Source: a virus
IMG/VR virus record: IMGVR_UViG_3300043788_000169
Span: 1 to 64,000 of that record
DNA length: 64,000 nt
Strand: one strand, 5' to 3'
Each line of letters begins with the position of its first letter. The stretch's first letter is position 1. The position numbers and the translations under genes were made by a program. Below, piece after piece: positions 45,875 through 56,827 of the stretch. The notes under the pieces are model-generated. The model was given only the letters and a program-made list of their open reading frames with translations, was not told the origin of the DNA and did no database searches.

Positions 45875-46252
45875 ATGGCAGAGAACGGCCCCGCCGAGCT
45901 GCGTATCCGGTTCCCGAGCCAGGCGAAGCTGCTCAACTTCATCCGGCTGCTGCGCGAGGAGCACCCGACTCAGGTCCAGCCGTTCGGCGCTGACGTCAAC
46001 GCGGTGCCCTACATCCAGAGTGCGGACGACACCGAGATCGCCCCCGGGGATGACGTGATCCTGGTGCCGGGGCACCGGGAGGAGCTGGCGGGGCAGTTCC
46101 TGCTGCCAAAGCCGGGCGAGGAGGAGCCTCCTCCGCCACCGCGGCGCCCGCGCGGGGTGCCGGACCAGCCGTTCGCCACGCACGGAGGCCCCGGCGGGGG
46201 GCGTCCTGACGACGGCCGTACGCGGGGGCTGAACGAGCCAGCGCCGTATTAA
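45875..46252 (+). CDS. hypothetical protein
   Basis: 125-aa ORF. Confidence 0.55.
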   Translation: MAENGPAELRIRFPSQAKLLNFIRLLREEHPTQVQPFGADVNAVPYIQSADDTEIAPGDDVILVPGHREELAGQFLLPKPGEEEPPPPPRRPRGVPDQPFATHGGPGGGRPDDGRTRGLNEPAPY

Positions 46253-46291
46253 ATAAACGATGGCATATTCTCACCCTGGAGGCGAGAGCTT

Positions 46292-47095
46292 ATGGTGATG
46301 ACCAAGCAGGAGAGCGGGGTCAAGAGAGCCCGCAGGGCCACCGGGACGGTCGACGGCAAGCTGGTGACGACGGAGTACACGATCACCGCGGAGCCGCCGC
46401 TGGTGCCGGAGAAGGTCGAGCTGGGCTGGACCGAGCGCGTCAGCAGCGGCTCGGTGTCGACGTGGAAGTCCCACCCGGCCAAGGGCAAGGCGGACGAGCA
46501 CGCCAACCACACGCTCGCGGTGCACGCGCTGATCGAGGCGTACCGGGCAACGGGCGCGGCAGTCGCCGCGGTGGAGCCCCCTGCGGAGAAGCCGGCCAAG
46601 GCTCCCAGGGCCTCCAAGCCGGCCAAGACTAAGGGCAGCCGGGCCAAGGCCCAGCCCGTCAAGGACAAGCCGGAGGAGCCGGCCGCCGAGACGAAGCCTG
46701 AGCCTAAAGCCAAGAGCCGCCGCCGGGCGGCTAAGCCCGTCACGGTGGCCACGGACCCTACCCCCGGCGGCCAGACGGAAGCGACGGCTTCTGGAGAGAC
46801 CGCCCCCTCAGCCGCCACCGCTGACGAGCCGCCCCGGCTGCCGGAGCCCGAGCTGATTCCCGTCGGGCCCGAGCACGCTGCTGCGCTCGATGACGGGTCG
46901 TCTCCGGAGATCCAGGACGCCGGGCAGGAGCTGGAGGATGCCGTCCTGGCCGACCCGGAGACAGCCGCTGCCGTGGCCGACCCGGAGGGCTGGGGCGACG
47001 GTTACCCCGAAGGCAAGCACCGCGCTCCTGCAGCTGCCAACCCGTTCGAGCCCGACCCGGACAGCCCGTTCTCCAACACGGGATTCGTCCGCTGA
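46292..47095 (+). CDS. low-complexity protein (Lys/Ala/Pro-rich middle, acidic tail)
   Basis: composition; GGAGG RBS. Confidence 0.65.
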   Translation: MVMTKQESGVKRARRATGTVDGKLVTTEYTITAEPPLVPEKVELGWTERVSSGSVSTWKSHPAKGKADEHANHTLAVHALIEAYRATGAAVAAVEPPAEKPAKAPRASKPAKTKGSRAKAQPVKDKPEEPAAETKPEPKAKSRRRAAKPVTVATDPTPGGQTEATASGETAPSAATADEPPRLPEPELIPVGPEHAAALDDGSSPEIQDAGQELEDAVLADPETAAAVADPEGWGDGYPEGKHRAPAAANPFEPDPDSPFSNTGFVR

Positions 47096-47113
47096 CCTGA
47101 GCCTCGACCAGAC

Positions 47114-47149
47114 AAGCCCGGCTCCTGCTCCCGCGGGGCCGGGCTTTCT
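47114..47149 (+). terminator. intrinsic terminator
   Basis: AAGCCCGG..CCGGGCTTTCT. Confidence 0.7.
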
Positions 47150-47160
47150 GTCGCTTTGGG

Positions 47161-47190
47161 TTGACACGTGTCTACCACTGGGCTTACCGT
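47161..47190 (+). promoter_or_regulatory. sigma70-like promoter of the accessory operon
   Basis: TTGACA-N18-TACCGT directly after a terminator. Confidence 0.7.
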
Positions 47191-47393
47191 TGAGGCGTTC
47201 ATCAAATAAAGGAATCGGAAGGAACGCCATATGGACTGTAAGCAGACCGGGGACCATGGATCTGGTGTCCCGGTGGGTGTTCGGGAATCGCCGGAAGAGC
47301 CGCGTTTCGCGATCTGCCTGGGGTGCGGGAGGATCTTGATTGCTTTCCCCGGAACCGGGCAGGCCGGAGTGCTAGTGGGAGCAGGGGCAGGTA

Positions 47394-47771
47394 ATGGATG
47401 ACTTCGAGCGCCGGGCGCAGGCCCTGGACACGCTGGCCAGTTACGGGTACATCCCGGTGGGCCCGCAGTCCCGGAACCTGACGCTCGGCCAGCTGGAAGC
47501 CATGGCCTCGGCCGTCCTGAACCGGTCCCTCGCCTCGCCGCGCCCGGCTGTCAGCTTTGCCATCCGGGCCGGGGTGGTGGTCAGCGTGATCAGCTGGGTG
47601 GTGACGGTAGCAGCCCTGGTGCTGACCGTGGGATACAGCCAGCGGACGGCCGCGTTCGCCTGGGAAGCCGTGCAGTGCGGGCGCATCCACCCGTACGGCT
47701 CCCCTGCCCAGTACCAGTGCTGGGAGAAGCAGATCAAGCAGGGTGTGCCACGATTCTGGGAGGTGCCGTGA
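47394..47771 (+). CDS. membrane protein
   Basis: one hydrophobic segment. Confidence 0.6.
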   Translation: MDDFERRAQALDTLASYGYIPVGPQSRNLTLGQLEAMASAVLNRSLASPRPAVSFAIRAGVVVSVISWVVTVAALVLTVGYSQRTAAFAWEAVQCGRIHPYGSPAQYQCWEKQIKQGVPRFWEVP

Positions 47772-47918
47772 GCGCCGACGTCAGCGAAGAGCCGCAGTTC
47801 TGCAGCGACCCGGAGTGCAAGGGCCATGCCCCGGCTCAGCACCCGCAGGAGAAAGTGATCACCTGGAGGTCGGAGCCGCCGCCGGACTTCCTGGAGCGCA
47901 ACGCCGGGGTGACCTACC

Positions 47919-48422
47919 GTGATCACTGAGTTCCAGGGCCAGTACCGGTTCCTCTCGAACTTCTGGGAGCAGCCGGTCTTCTACCAGCACCCGTACATGC
48001 AGGGCGCGATCTGGTGGCCGACCGCCGAGCACGCCTTCCAGGCGTCCAAGACCCAGCTGCCGACGCAGGTCCAGTGGGTCCTGGACGCGGACAGCCCTGG
48101 CCAGGCTAAGCGCCTCGGCCGGAAGCTGACCCTGCGAGACGACTGGGAGCAGGTGAAAAAGCGCGTGATGTTCAGCGTGCTCACCGCCAAGTTCGTCCCT
48201 CCTGGGTACATGCAGGATGACACCCTCGCCCGCCAGCTCGTGGCTACGGCTCCGCATGTGCTGGTGGAGGGCAATACCTGGGAGGACCGCTACTGGGGTG
48301 CGTGCACCGCTGCGTGGCCGCCGGATCGCCTCCCTAAGTGGACCCCTGATATTGGCCGCGAGCTGTGGGGGCACAACTACCTCGGGCGCCTGCTCATGGC
48401 CGTCCGCGACATCCTGGAGTAA
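47919..48422 (+). CDS. NADAR (YbiA-like) ADP-ribosyl hydrolase family protein
   Basis: FLSNFW, TAEHAFQASK, AKRLGR, LVEGNTWEDRYWG, GHNYLGRLLM. Confidence 0.9.
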   Translation: MITEFQGQYRFLSNFWEQPVFYQHPYMQGAIWWPTAEHAFQASKTQLPTQVQWVLDADSPGQAKRLGRKLTLRDDWEQVKKRVMFSVLTAKFVPPGYMQDDTLARQLVATAPHVLVEGNTWEDRYWGACTAAWPPDRLPKWTPDIGRELWGHNYLGRLLMAVRDILE

Positions 48423-48429
48423 GGACGGA

Positions 48430-51287
48430 ATGATGGCCGATAGTGGAAAGCCCTCTGCTGAGGCGTATAACGCTTCGTCTGTGGCGGGGGAGAATACACA
48501 CGAAGGCGCACTGCGTGGCACGTGCCCAGACGATGGCCGGTGTCACCACTCCTGCCTCACCCAGGGCCCGTGCTTCCGGGAGCTGGACTCCGGCTTCTCG
48601 GACACCGGCTGGGACCACGGTGACCCCGGCCCGGAGTACATCCTGGAGGAGATCGTGGCTCCGCCGCTCACCCGCCCGGCGAGGCTGCCTCTGGACGTCG
48701 TGGCTGTGCCGCCCGGCTGGGGCCCTGACCACTTCGGCGGCACGCCGTGAGCGTCTGCCGGTCCGGGAGGTGGGCGCAGTGCCCGGGTTGCGGCCAGGCT
48801 CGTGCGGTCAACCAGAGCGGTCGGCTGCGGGTGCACCAGTCTGAGCCTGGCCGCTCTGGCGCCCGCCCGCCGTGCCCCGGCTCGGGCGCTGTGCCTGAGG
48901 TGCCCGGCCCGGTGACCGCGGCTGAGGCGGCACAGCTGCGCACGGCTCTGGAGCTGGCCCTGAACTGGCTGGGGCCCCGTGATCTGATGGCCCTGGCGCC
49001 CCGGCTCGCAGAAGTCTGCCTGGTCGCGCAGAGCGCCCTGGAGCTGCAGGAGGCCGCTCGTGGCTAGCGTGCCGGACCGCTGGGATGTGCTGAAAGAGGC
49101 CATCCGCTCGGATCTTATTAAGATGCATAATGCGGGGCAGGGCCCGGATAGCCCTGAGGCTGCAGCTCTGCAGTTGGTGCTGGCCAAGATGGAGGCGCTG
49201 GAGCCGGGCGGCGCGTGGTATGCGGACCCCCGGCCGCAGCCGCCCACGTTCGGCTTCTCCTCTGACGGCGCCCAGGATCCGCTGGAGCTGGTGATCCGGG
49301 CGGACGGCAACCGGCTGACCATCTGGGATCTGCTGCCGGATACCGATCCGCCGGCGTACCGCGCCCGCGGCACGTATGAGTGGGTGGAGGTGCAAGATGG
49401 CAGACAAGGCAGCTAAGGCAGTTATGTGGGCCGGCCGCTGGTTCTGGTGGCTGGTTCTGGCGGCGCTTGCGGTCTGCCTGGCGGAGACGCTGGCCGTCAG
49501 CTATCGCGGCCAGCTCCAGGGCGCCTATCTGGGTTTCGCGCTCGGCGCCTCGGCTGCCGCGCTGACGGCCACCTGGGGGTCCTGCCGCCGCGCCCGGCGC
49601 CGCAGCGGCCGGTGGGTGGTGAAGGTCTATGACCCGGCGGGTACCTGCGTGGCGGTGCACGAGAGCCAGCGCGCGGCCTCGGAGGCTCAGGCGCTGGCTG
49701 CGGCCCTGGAGGCGGACCGTGACGGCTGAGCGTGAGGCTCCCGGCTTCGCTGACCTGGCCGCAGCCTGCCTGCCTCCGAGGTGGGCGGCGGCGCTGTCGC
49801 TGCACCGCGAGCTGGGCCGGCTGGTGGCGCCCGGGGGGCCGCGGCCCCGGCTGGTGAACGCGGACGGCGATTCGCTGCACATGCTGGAGCCGTCCGCGTT
49901 CACCGAGCTGCTGGCGCAGATGCGCGAACGTGACGAGGGCTGGGGAGATGAGAGCTGCCAGCTGCCTCCGCCCCCGCCGGCTTCGGACTGGCCGGACGGC
50001 CATAAGCTGCCGCTGCCCTCGGAGCTGAGCGCGGCTGAGACCGACGCCGCGGTCTCTTCCCTGCCGCGCTCGGGTGTGGAGATCCTGCCCGGGTACCTGA
50101 GCTTCGGCACCGGCCGCGCGCTCATGGTGCTGAAGGCCGGTGCCTCGGCTGAGTATCTGGCCCGCGGCTGGCTCGGCCGGATCTGGTGGGACGGCGCGAA
50201 TGGCCGCTACGGCGTGGTGGTGCGCTTCGCGGGCAGCCCCGTTGATGTGATGTATGCCCCGTCGCTCAGTGAACTGATAGATACCGTCTGCGGCACCTAC
50301 GGCTGGGATTGAACGATGAGCGCGCTGGCTGGCGTGGAGCTGGGCTTGCAGATCGGCGCCGTGGTGGTGCTGCTGGCCATCTTCGCGGTGCTGCTCCTGA
50401 TCCTGGGGGAGCAGCGGGGGAACGGGATTAAACGATGAGGAAGACCGTGAAGGTGCTGCTGGATGCTCCCACGTTCACCGAGCTGGCCCTGGCTACGGCC
50501 GGGGCTGCGGTGATGGCCGGGGTGTCCGGGTACGCGTTCGCCGCGGGCTCGCCCGGCGTGGGGTGGGTGGCTGCGGTCTTCTCCGGCGCCGCCGCTTCGC
50601 CCTGGCTGGTGCGGGCGGCTTCCGAGGCGCGGTTCTGGCGTCACCGCCGGGGCGTAATAGCGGCAGCAGAGGAGATGACGGCCCATGGAAAGCACTGAGT
50701 TTCAGGACATGTGGAAGCGTGTGGATGAGCGCACGCCGAAGGCCGCCGGCGTGCACGAGCTGGCGGTGGTCCTGGCTAAGCGGGACAAGCTGGTGGCGCA
50801 CCGGGAGGGCCTGGCGCGGTGGCGGTGGATTCGCCGGCGTGCGCTGGCCGACTCGGTCGCCGTGGAGACCGGCCGGGTGCTGTTCTGGGCGCCGCAGGCA
50901 GTGGCGGCCGCGCACGAGGCTGTGGCGACCGCTGACGCGGCGCGGAGGTGGGGGCGCACCGAGCTGCGCCACCCCCGCCAGCACGTCAGGGAGGCCGCTG
51001 CGGCGCTGCTGGAGGCCATCGGGCAGCCGGTGGCCGAGCCCGGACCCGGGCAGCTCCTGAGCGATCTGGTGGCCGTCATGGGCGCCCCGGACGAGGTGAG
51101 CGCCTGGGACGATCTGGCCCGCAGGCTGAAGACGCGCCGGCCGGAGCGCTACCCGGTGCTGACCGGCACCCAGCTGCGTCAGCAGGCTCTGGTGAGTGGG
51201 GTGCGGGAGCTGGCGCTGTCCGGACCGGTGCGCCAGCGGGGCACCAGCTACGAGGCCGTGGTGGCGGCGCAGGAGGCGGCCCGGTGA
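48430..51287 (+). other. run of small overlapping accessory ORFs (48430-48750, 48747-49067, 49060-49416, 49397-49729, 49719-50312, 50435-50698, 50685-51287)
   Basis: consecutive start/stop overlaps with GGAGG RBSs; no recognisable domains. Confidence 0.6.
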
Positions 51288-51790
51288 CCGCGGCACTGCA
51301 GGAGCTGCGCGAGAACCTGGAGCGCACTGACCTGATGCTGGCCGAGCTGCAGGGCATGCCGCGCTCCCACTTCCGCAGCCGGTTCAGTCTCCAGCGCAGG
51401 ATCGACCAGGCGCAGGAGGAGGCGCAGGTGCTGTCCATCCGGGTGGCTGACGAGCAGCGCCGCCTGATAGACGAGCTGTCGGCCGTGCCCGCCCCGGCTC
51501 GCCGTGCCCGCTCCGGCCACGAGCTGGCCCGGATGCAGATCTCCCGGCACGGGATGGACCGCTACCCCGACGTTCCGGCCCAGCTGCTCAAGCTCATGGC
51601 TGAGCTGGGTGAGCTGGCCGAGGAGATCGCCAACCACCACCGGCCCCTGGAGGGCGTGGCGGACCGGATCCGCCGCGAGTACGCCGACGTCGGCCTGTCC
51701 TACTACGAGCTGGGCAGCAAGCTGCGCCTGAACGCGATCGAGTGCATGACCGAGGTCGTGGACGGGGACGAGCGGGACTTCCGTGGCTAG
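51284..51790 (+). CDS. MazG-like protein (second copy)
   Basis: LLKLMAELGELAEEI..EYADV. Confidence 0.7.
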   Translation: MTAALQELRENLERTDLMLAELQGMPRSHFRSRFSLQRRIDQAQEEAQVLSIRVADEQRRLIDELSAVPAPARRARSGHELARMQISRHGMDRYPDVPAQLLKLMAELGELAEEIANHHRPLEGVADRIRREYADVGLSYYELGSKLRLNAIECMTEVVDGDERDFRG

Positions 51791-53681
51791 GCTGGTCTTC
51801 CGCCTGCTGACGCCAGAAGAGCAGGCGGAAAGGGAGCAGCGTTGCGGCGCCCGGCCGTCGCCGCACTCACTGGCCAGATGCGAGGAGAAGCCGGAGCACT
51901 GGCAAGGGCCGGGCGAGATAAATATTCACGCGGGCCGTACTCCCGGCGGGTACTGGAAGTTCTGGGACGTAGCAGATGCTGAGCGCAGCGCGCCGGACGT
52001 CCGCCGTCCCGATAATGTGCCCCGGCCCCCGCGGCGTAACAAGTAGTGGAGGCGATGCATATGGACATGATCAAGAGGGCCGAGCTGGTCTCGCTGGCCC
52101 GGTGCTGGAAGCAGCTTTCTGAGCGCACCGATCTCCCGGATGCGGCCCGGAACTCCTACCGCGACTGCGGGGAGGTGCTGGCCCAGCTGCTCGGCAGCCC
52201 AGCTGCCGCGGCAGGGCCCAGCCGCCGGCTGACCATAACCGTCTACGGCTTCGAGAGCCCTGCGATGGAGGAGGTGGCCCGCGCCACCGCCCGGGGGGTG
52301 TTCCCCGGGCTGGACGTGGCTGTCGTCAGCCTGCGCCTCTGGGAGCCGCACACTTTCGAGCAGCAGGCCCACGCCGCCGCGCTGACCGCCCCGGTCTTCG
52401 ACGGCGATGTGCAGATCTCGGCCGGCCGCACCGGCCCGGTCTACATGGCCGAGGTGACGCTGGCGGCCACCGAGCCGGATCCGGGCATCTCCCCGGAGTT
52501 CGCCGGCCGCCAGCGTGAGCCGCTGGCCGCCACCGAGGCGGCCAGCGGGGGCAGCTCGGTATGAGGGACAGCATCTTCCTGGTGTGTGATCAGGGCGGGA
52601 TCCGGCGGATGACCAAGTCCGCGCCGTCGCTGAAGCCCGGGGAAATCCCAGTCAAGCTGGACGTCACCGTCGACCGGGACGCGTTCATCACCCCGGTGAT
52701 CGAGCAGAAGATCCACATCACCGACTGGCGGCCGAGCCGCACCGCGCTGACCGCGGCGGTGAAGGAAGGCACGATTACACGAGCCGACGCTGACGTCATC
52801 GTCGCTGACCTGCTGTCCGGGATGATCGACGCGCTGGAGCGCGCGGGCTACACCGTCACCGCGCCGTCCGGCGGCGACGGTGCTGAGGGAGGCGCATTCG
52901 GCTATGGCGGGCCCAACGAATCCGGGGCTTCCCCGGGCTGGCCGCGGTAACCCGCTCGCAGAGGAGCTGAAGCCGTGCCGCCGCCGGCGCTGCCGTCACC
53001 CGCGGATCGGGCACGAGCACAACAACCCCAAGACGAGGTACTGCTCGGAGCCGGGCTGCGCGTGCCTGGCCTTCTGCCGGTGGTGGCTGCCGTGGAGGTG
53101 AGGATGCAGTGAGCGCGCACGATGAAGCAGCCTGGCGGCTGGCCGAGGTGCTCGGCGTCGAGCCGGAGCAGGTGTTTGTCCTGCACGATGAGGTGGATGA
53201 GATCCTGAGTAGCCCGGCCACCGACGGCGGCCCCGGCACGATGCGCGACCAGCTGCACCGCGTCGTCGGGAAGACCATGGGTAAGGCGACCAAGGGCCGG
53301 ACCCGTGGGTCCGGCCGCCGCGACTACTCCTGGCCGCCGCAGGACCCGCAGCGCCCGGTCTGCCAAGCGAACAGGCCGCACTGGGGACGGCCTGTCCCTG
53401 AGCCGTGCGGCTGCTCGCTGGTGAAGCGCTACCGTCTTGGGTGCAAGAACGAGCACGTGTCCGAGGAGTGGCTGTGCACCTGCTGCGCAAACGCCTCGGA
53501 GAAGAAATGCTGTCATCCGGTGACCGCCCCGGAGACGGAAGCTCCGGGTACCTGCGGGGAGGTGCTCACCGCCGTGCCCGCGGAAGACCTTGGCCCTTCG
53601 GCCGGGGACGTGCAGCGCACGCGCGGCCGCGCCGCTGGCCCTGGCGACGACGAGAACTGGTTCCGGGGGCTGGGGGAGTGA
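51783..53681 (+). other. small accessory ORFs (51783-52046, 52046-52564, 52561-52950, 53109-53681)
   Basis: overlapping starts/stops; Cys-rich last ORF. Confidence 0.55.
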
Positions 53682-53965
53682 AGCTGCTGCTGCTGTCCGA
53701 CAAGGCCGGGGACAACCGCAAGATTCTCACCATGACCACCATCATCGGGCGCAGTTCGCTCGCCGGGTTCCGGGTGAATGACCAGTATGCTTCCCCTAAC
53801 CACGCAATCATCGCTCCCCACGAGGACGGCTGGGCGGTCGCTGATCTGGGATCCACGAACGGAACCCGGGTCAACGGCCTGACTGTCCATGGCGCCTGCC
53901 AGCTGGCCAAGGGGGATCAGATAAGAGTTGGGCACACCATCCTCATTGCGGTCCCGGTCAGCTGA
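53678..53965 (+). CDS. stand-alone FHA-domain protein
   Basis: IGRS, ASPNHA, DLGSTNGTRVNG, L.KGDQIRVG. Confidence 0.88.
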   Translation: MKLLLLSDKAGDNRKILTMTTIIGRSSLAGFRVNDQYASPNHAIIAPHEDGWAVADLGSTNGTRVNGLTVHGACQLAKGDQIRVGHTILIAVPVS

Positions 53966-53981
53966 CGCCGATGGCCGGTGT

Positions 53982-54653
53982 GTGGTACCTCAGATAGTTC
54001 TCCCCAAGCCCGGGGACTTCGCGTGCGTCCCGGTCCGGGGCTTCGGTGGCTTCTGCATAGGTATCGGGCAGCTTGCGGCTGGCTACTGGCGCCATCCCGC
54101 GCTCGCCCGCTACCGGCACAGCTTCGTCTACCTCGGTGAGATCAGCGCCTCCACGGCTGAGGTCAGCGCGCTGGAGGAGCACGGCTGGTGCGGCCCGGGC
54201 GTCTACTGCGAGGAAGCGATGCCAGGCGGCGCCCGGCTGCGGCGGCTCGGCGCGAGTGCTGGCGACGCGTGGGCCATGTACGGCACCAGTGCCTTGTGGA
54301 GCACCACGATTCTTCCGCTGAGCGGCTGGCAGCGCTCCGAGGTGGTCAAGGCCGCCCTCGGCAAGCTCGGCACTCCGTACTCGTTTCTGGACTATCTGTC
54401 GCTGATCGCCTACCACCTGCACATCCGCACGCGGGGTTTGCTCCAGTTCATCCAGGATTCCGGACACCAGATTTGCAGCCAGGACACTGATTGGGTGTGG
54501 CAGCGCGCGGGGAAGCGTATATTTCACGATGAGAGGTGGGACGGTGACGTTATGCCGGCCGACCTCGCGTACGAGCTGGTCAGCTGGTGTAAGCGGCGGG
54601 CCGGTGACGTGCTAAGGGGAGGGGATGCCCGTGAAGATCAGGCCCATGCGTAA
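53982..54653 (+). CDS. permuted papain-like (YaeF/YiiX-type NlpC/P60) enzyme
   Basis: PGD, HSFVY, EAMPGG, GTPYS, ICSQ, PADL. Confidence 0.75.
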   Translation: MVPQIVLPKPGDFACVPVRGFGGFCIGIGQLAAGYWRHPALARYRHSFVYLGEISASTAEVSALEEHGWCGPGVYCEEAMPGGARLRRLGASAGDAWAMYGTSALWSTTILPLSGWQRSEVVKAALGKLGTPYSFLDYLSLIAYHLHIRTRGLLQFIQDSGHQICSQDTDWVWQRAGKRIFHDERWDGDVMPADLAYELVSWCKRRAGDVLRGGDAREDQAHA

Positions 54654-55160
54654 AGGACGCCACCGCCGGCGGGGGATTCTGGCGAGGGCTGCAGGAGTTA
54701 TGGCCGCCGCCGTAATGGTGCGGCTGGCCGCGGTTCGCTGAGCGAGCCCCGGCTTCTGTGCGCTCAGGCAGGCCGGTGCCGTTGCGGTTGCCATGCCTGC
54801 AGGTACGGGGGGCACAACTGCCTGGAGCCGCTCGGCGGCAAGTGCCACGTGCGCTGCCCGCCCATCTACCTGCTGACCTGCAGGGTGTGCGAGCCGCTGC
54901 TGCCGATGCCGTTCTCCTCTCAGCAGGAGCGCGGGCGCTGGGCGTCCGAGCACACCGCGGGTACCGGGCACGACCGCTGGCTGGTGGAGGATCCGCCCTT
55001 CGAGACGAAGGGTAATTCTGAGGTTTCGGAGCGGTAACGGTCCGGAAACGTGCACAATCCAGCTTGGCGGCCAGGAAACAGCAGGCCCGCGCGGCCGCCC
55101 GGCAGCGGCCTGGCCCATGACCCTGGCGAGGTGCCCGGCGGGCACGTCTTCAGGAGGACC

Positions 55161-55934
55161 ATGAGCGGGCACCGCACCACCCGCAGTCAGCCACGTCACG
55201 CTGCCCCGCAGCGCAGCCATCCTGTCATCGTCACCGCCGTCGGCACCGTCGCCGTGCTCGGCGCAGGCACCGCGGCGCTTGCCGCCCCGGCGCCCTACAC
55301 CGCCCCTCCGGCGGGCGATACCCTGCCGGCCGCGCCTGCCGTCCAGGCCGTCCCGCAGAAGCCAGCCGTCCAGGCCGAGGGCCCGGTCTTCTACCGGATC
55401 CAGGAAGGCGACACGCTCTCCTCGATTGCAGCCACCCACGGGCTCGGCTCGAACTGGGAGGGCCTGTGGGCCGCGAACCGCTCCGGGATCGATAACCCGG
55501 ACCTCATCCAGCCCGGCTGGGTGATCAAGATCGAGACAGCTCCCGTCACCCCGGCCCTGCAGCTGGTGATCGACCGCGTCCTGAGCCCGCCCGCGCCTCA
55601 GCCTGCACCTGTGACCGTGGCCGCCTCCGGCAGCAGTGGGTCTGCACCGGCCCAGCCGGCGGGTGTCCAGTTCTCCGGCACGCTGACCGTGGCCGGGTTC
55701 GGCGGTTTCGAGGGCTGCGTGATAGACCACGAGTCCAGCGGGAACCCCGATGCCCAGAACCCGGACTCGACCGCGAGCGGGCTGTTCGGCTTCCTGGACA
55801 CCACCTGGACCGCGGTCACCGGCCTGCCGGGCCCGGCCCGGGACTACTCCGTCGCGACGCAGGAGCAAGCCTTCAGCAAGGAATACGCGATGGACGGCAC
55901 CGCTCCGTGGCGGCCTTATGATGGGTGCTTATGA
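55161..55934 (+). CDS. secreted LysM plus Rpf-like transglycosylase
   Basis: signal peptide; YRIQEGDTLSSIA..IDNPDLIQPG; CVIDHESSGN..ASGLFGFLDTTW. Confidence 0.88.
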   Translation: MSGHRTTRSQPRHAAPQRSHPVIVTAVGTVAVLGAGTAALAAPAPYTAPPAGDTLPAAPAVQAVPQKPAVQAEGPVFYRIQEGDTLSSIAATHGLGSNWEGLWAANRSGIDNPDLIQPGWVIKIETAPVTPALQLVIDRVLSPPAPQPAPVTVAASGSSGSAPAQPAGVQFSGTLTVAGFGGFEGCVIDHESSGNPDAQNPDSTASGLFGFLDTTWTAVTGLPGPARDYSVATQEQAFSKEYAMDGTAPWRPYDGCL

Positions 55935-55953
55935 AGGTTGCTAGACTGGAGGC

Positions 55954-56496
55954 ATGAGAACTCCTCCGCCTTCAGTTGGTGATCGATTCGGACGTTGGAC
56001 CGTGGCCGGGGAATCCTTCATGAAAGACCCCGGCCACCGCGTTGTTCCCTGCCGGTGTGACTGCGGTACTGAGCAGAGCATCCTGGTTTTTGCTTTGCGT
56101 AGTGGGCAGTCTGAGAGCTGTGGTTGTCTCAAGAGGGAGCAGGTGGCTAGCTTGGTCACCCGGACCCGATGGAAGAACTCCCACGGCCTGAGCAAGCATC
56201 CGCTCTATCGGACATGGCGTGGGATGATGCGTCGCTGCTACGACCAGAGCGACTCGCATTATCCGCGCTGGGGCGGCAGAGGCATCCGGGTTTGTGATCG
56301 GTGGCAGGACGTCCGACTGTTCATTGAGGACATCGAGCGCGAGCTGGGTGACCGCCCTGCGGGGTTGTCACTCGACCGGTGGCCAGACAATGATGGAGAC
56401 TACAGGCCGGGAAATGTGCGCTGGGCGGACCCGCTGGGCCAGTGGCAGAACTCCCGTCTCCATAACGACGAGCTGACTGGACGTTTCACGCTGTAG
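55954..56496 (+). CDS. HNH-type homing endonuclease
   Basis: CRCDCG, SCGC, YRTWRGMMRRC, GGRGIRVC, SLDR..NDGDY.PGNVRWA. Confidence 0.85.
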   Translation: MRTPPPSVGDRFGRWTVAGESFMKDPGHRVVPCRCDCGTEQSILVFALRSGQSESCGCLKREQVASLVTRTRWKNSHGLSKHPLYRTWRGMMRRCYDQSDSHYPRWGGRGIRVCDRWQDVRLFIEDIERELGDRPAGLSLDRWPDNDGDYRPGNVRWADPLGQWQNSRLHNDELTGRFTL

Positions 56497-56505
56497 TGGT
56501 GGTGT

Positions 56506-56685
56506 ATGAGCGCCGTTTACTGCCCGCCAGACTGCACGTGCCACCGCCACGACGACCACACGTGCCGGCCCGGCTGTAACTGCGGCCGCCACCTGATCGG
56601 CCCGCGCCAGGCGCAGCGCAAGTCGGCCGAGGCGGCTAAGCGCCAGCGCGATGCACACGGGAGATTTGCCCGTGACGGCTGTTAA
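56506..56685 (+). CDS. 59-aa Cys/His-rich peptide
   Basis: MSAVYCPPDCTCHRHDDHTCRPGCNCGRH..RDAHGRF. Confidence 0.55.
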   Translation: MSAVYCPPDCTCHRHDDHTCRPGCNCGRHLIGPRQAQRKSAEAAKRQRDAHGRFARDGC

Positions 56686-56827
56686 TCACGGTATGGTCAC
56701 CGTCCCGTGTTAGTGCTGGGCGATGTGGAATACTGCGAGCCGCCTGTAAACCGGTGGTATGCCCTGCGCGTCTCAAGGGTGCCGGTTTGGCCGGGGGTCC
56801 AAAAGACAAGAGCTGGAGGTTTGGTGC

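Noticed and set aside
55030-55160. c-di-AMP riboswitch upstream of the Rpf-like gene
   Set aside because: The leader is GC-rich and may fold, but I could not find the ydaO consensus blocks.
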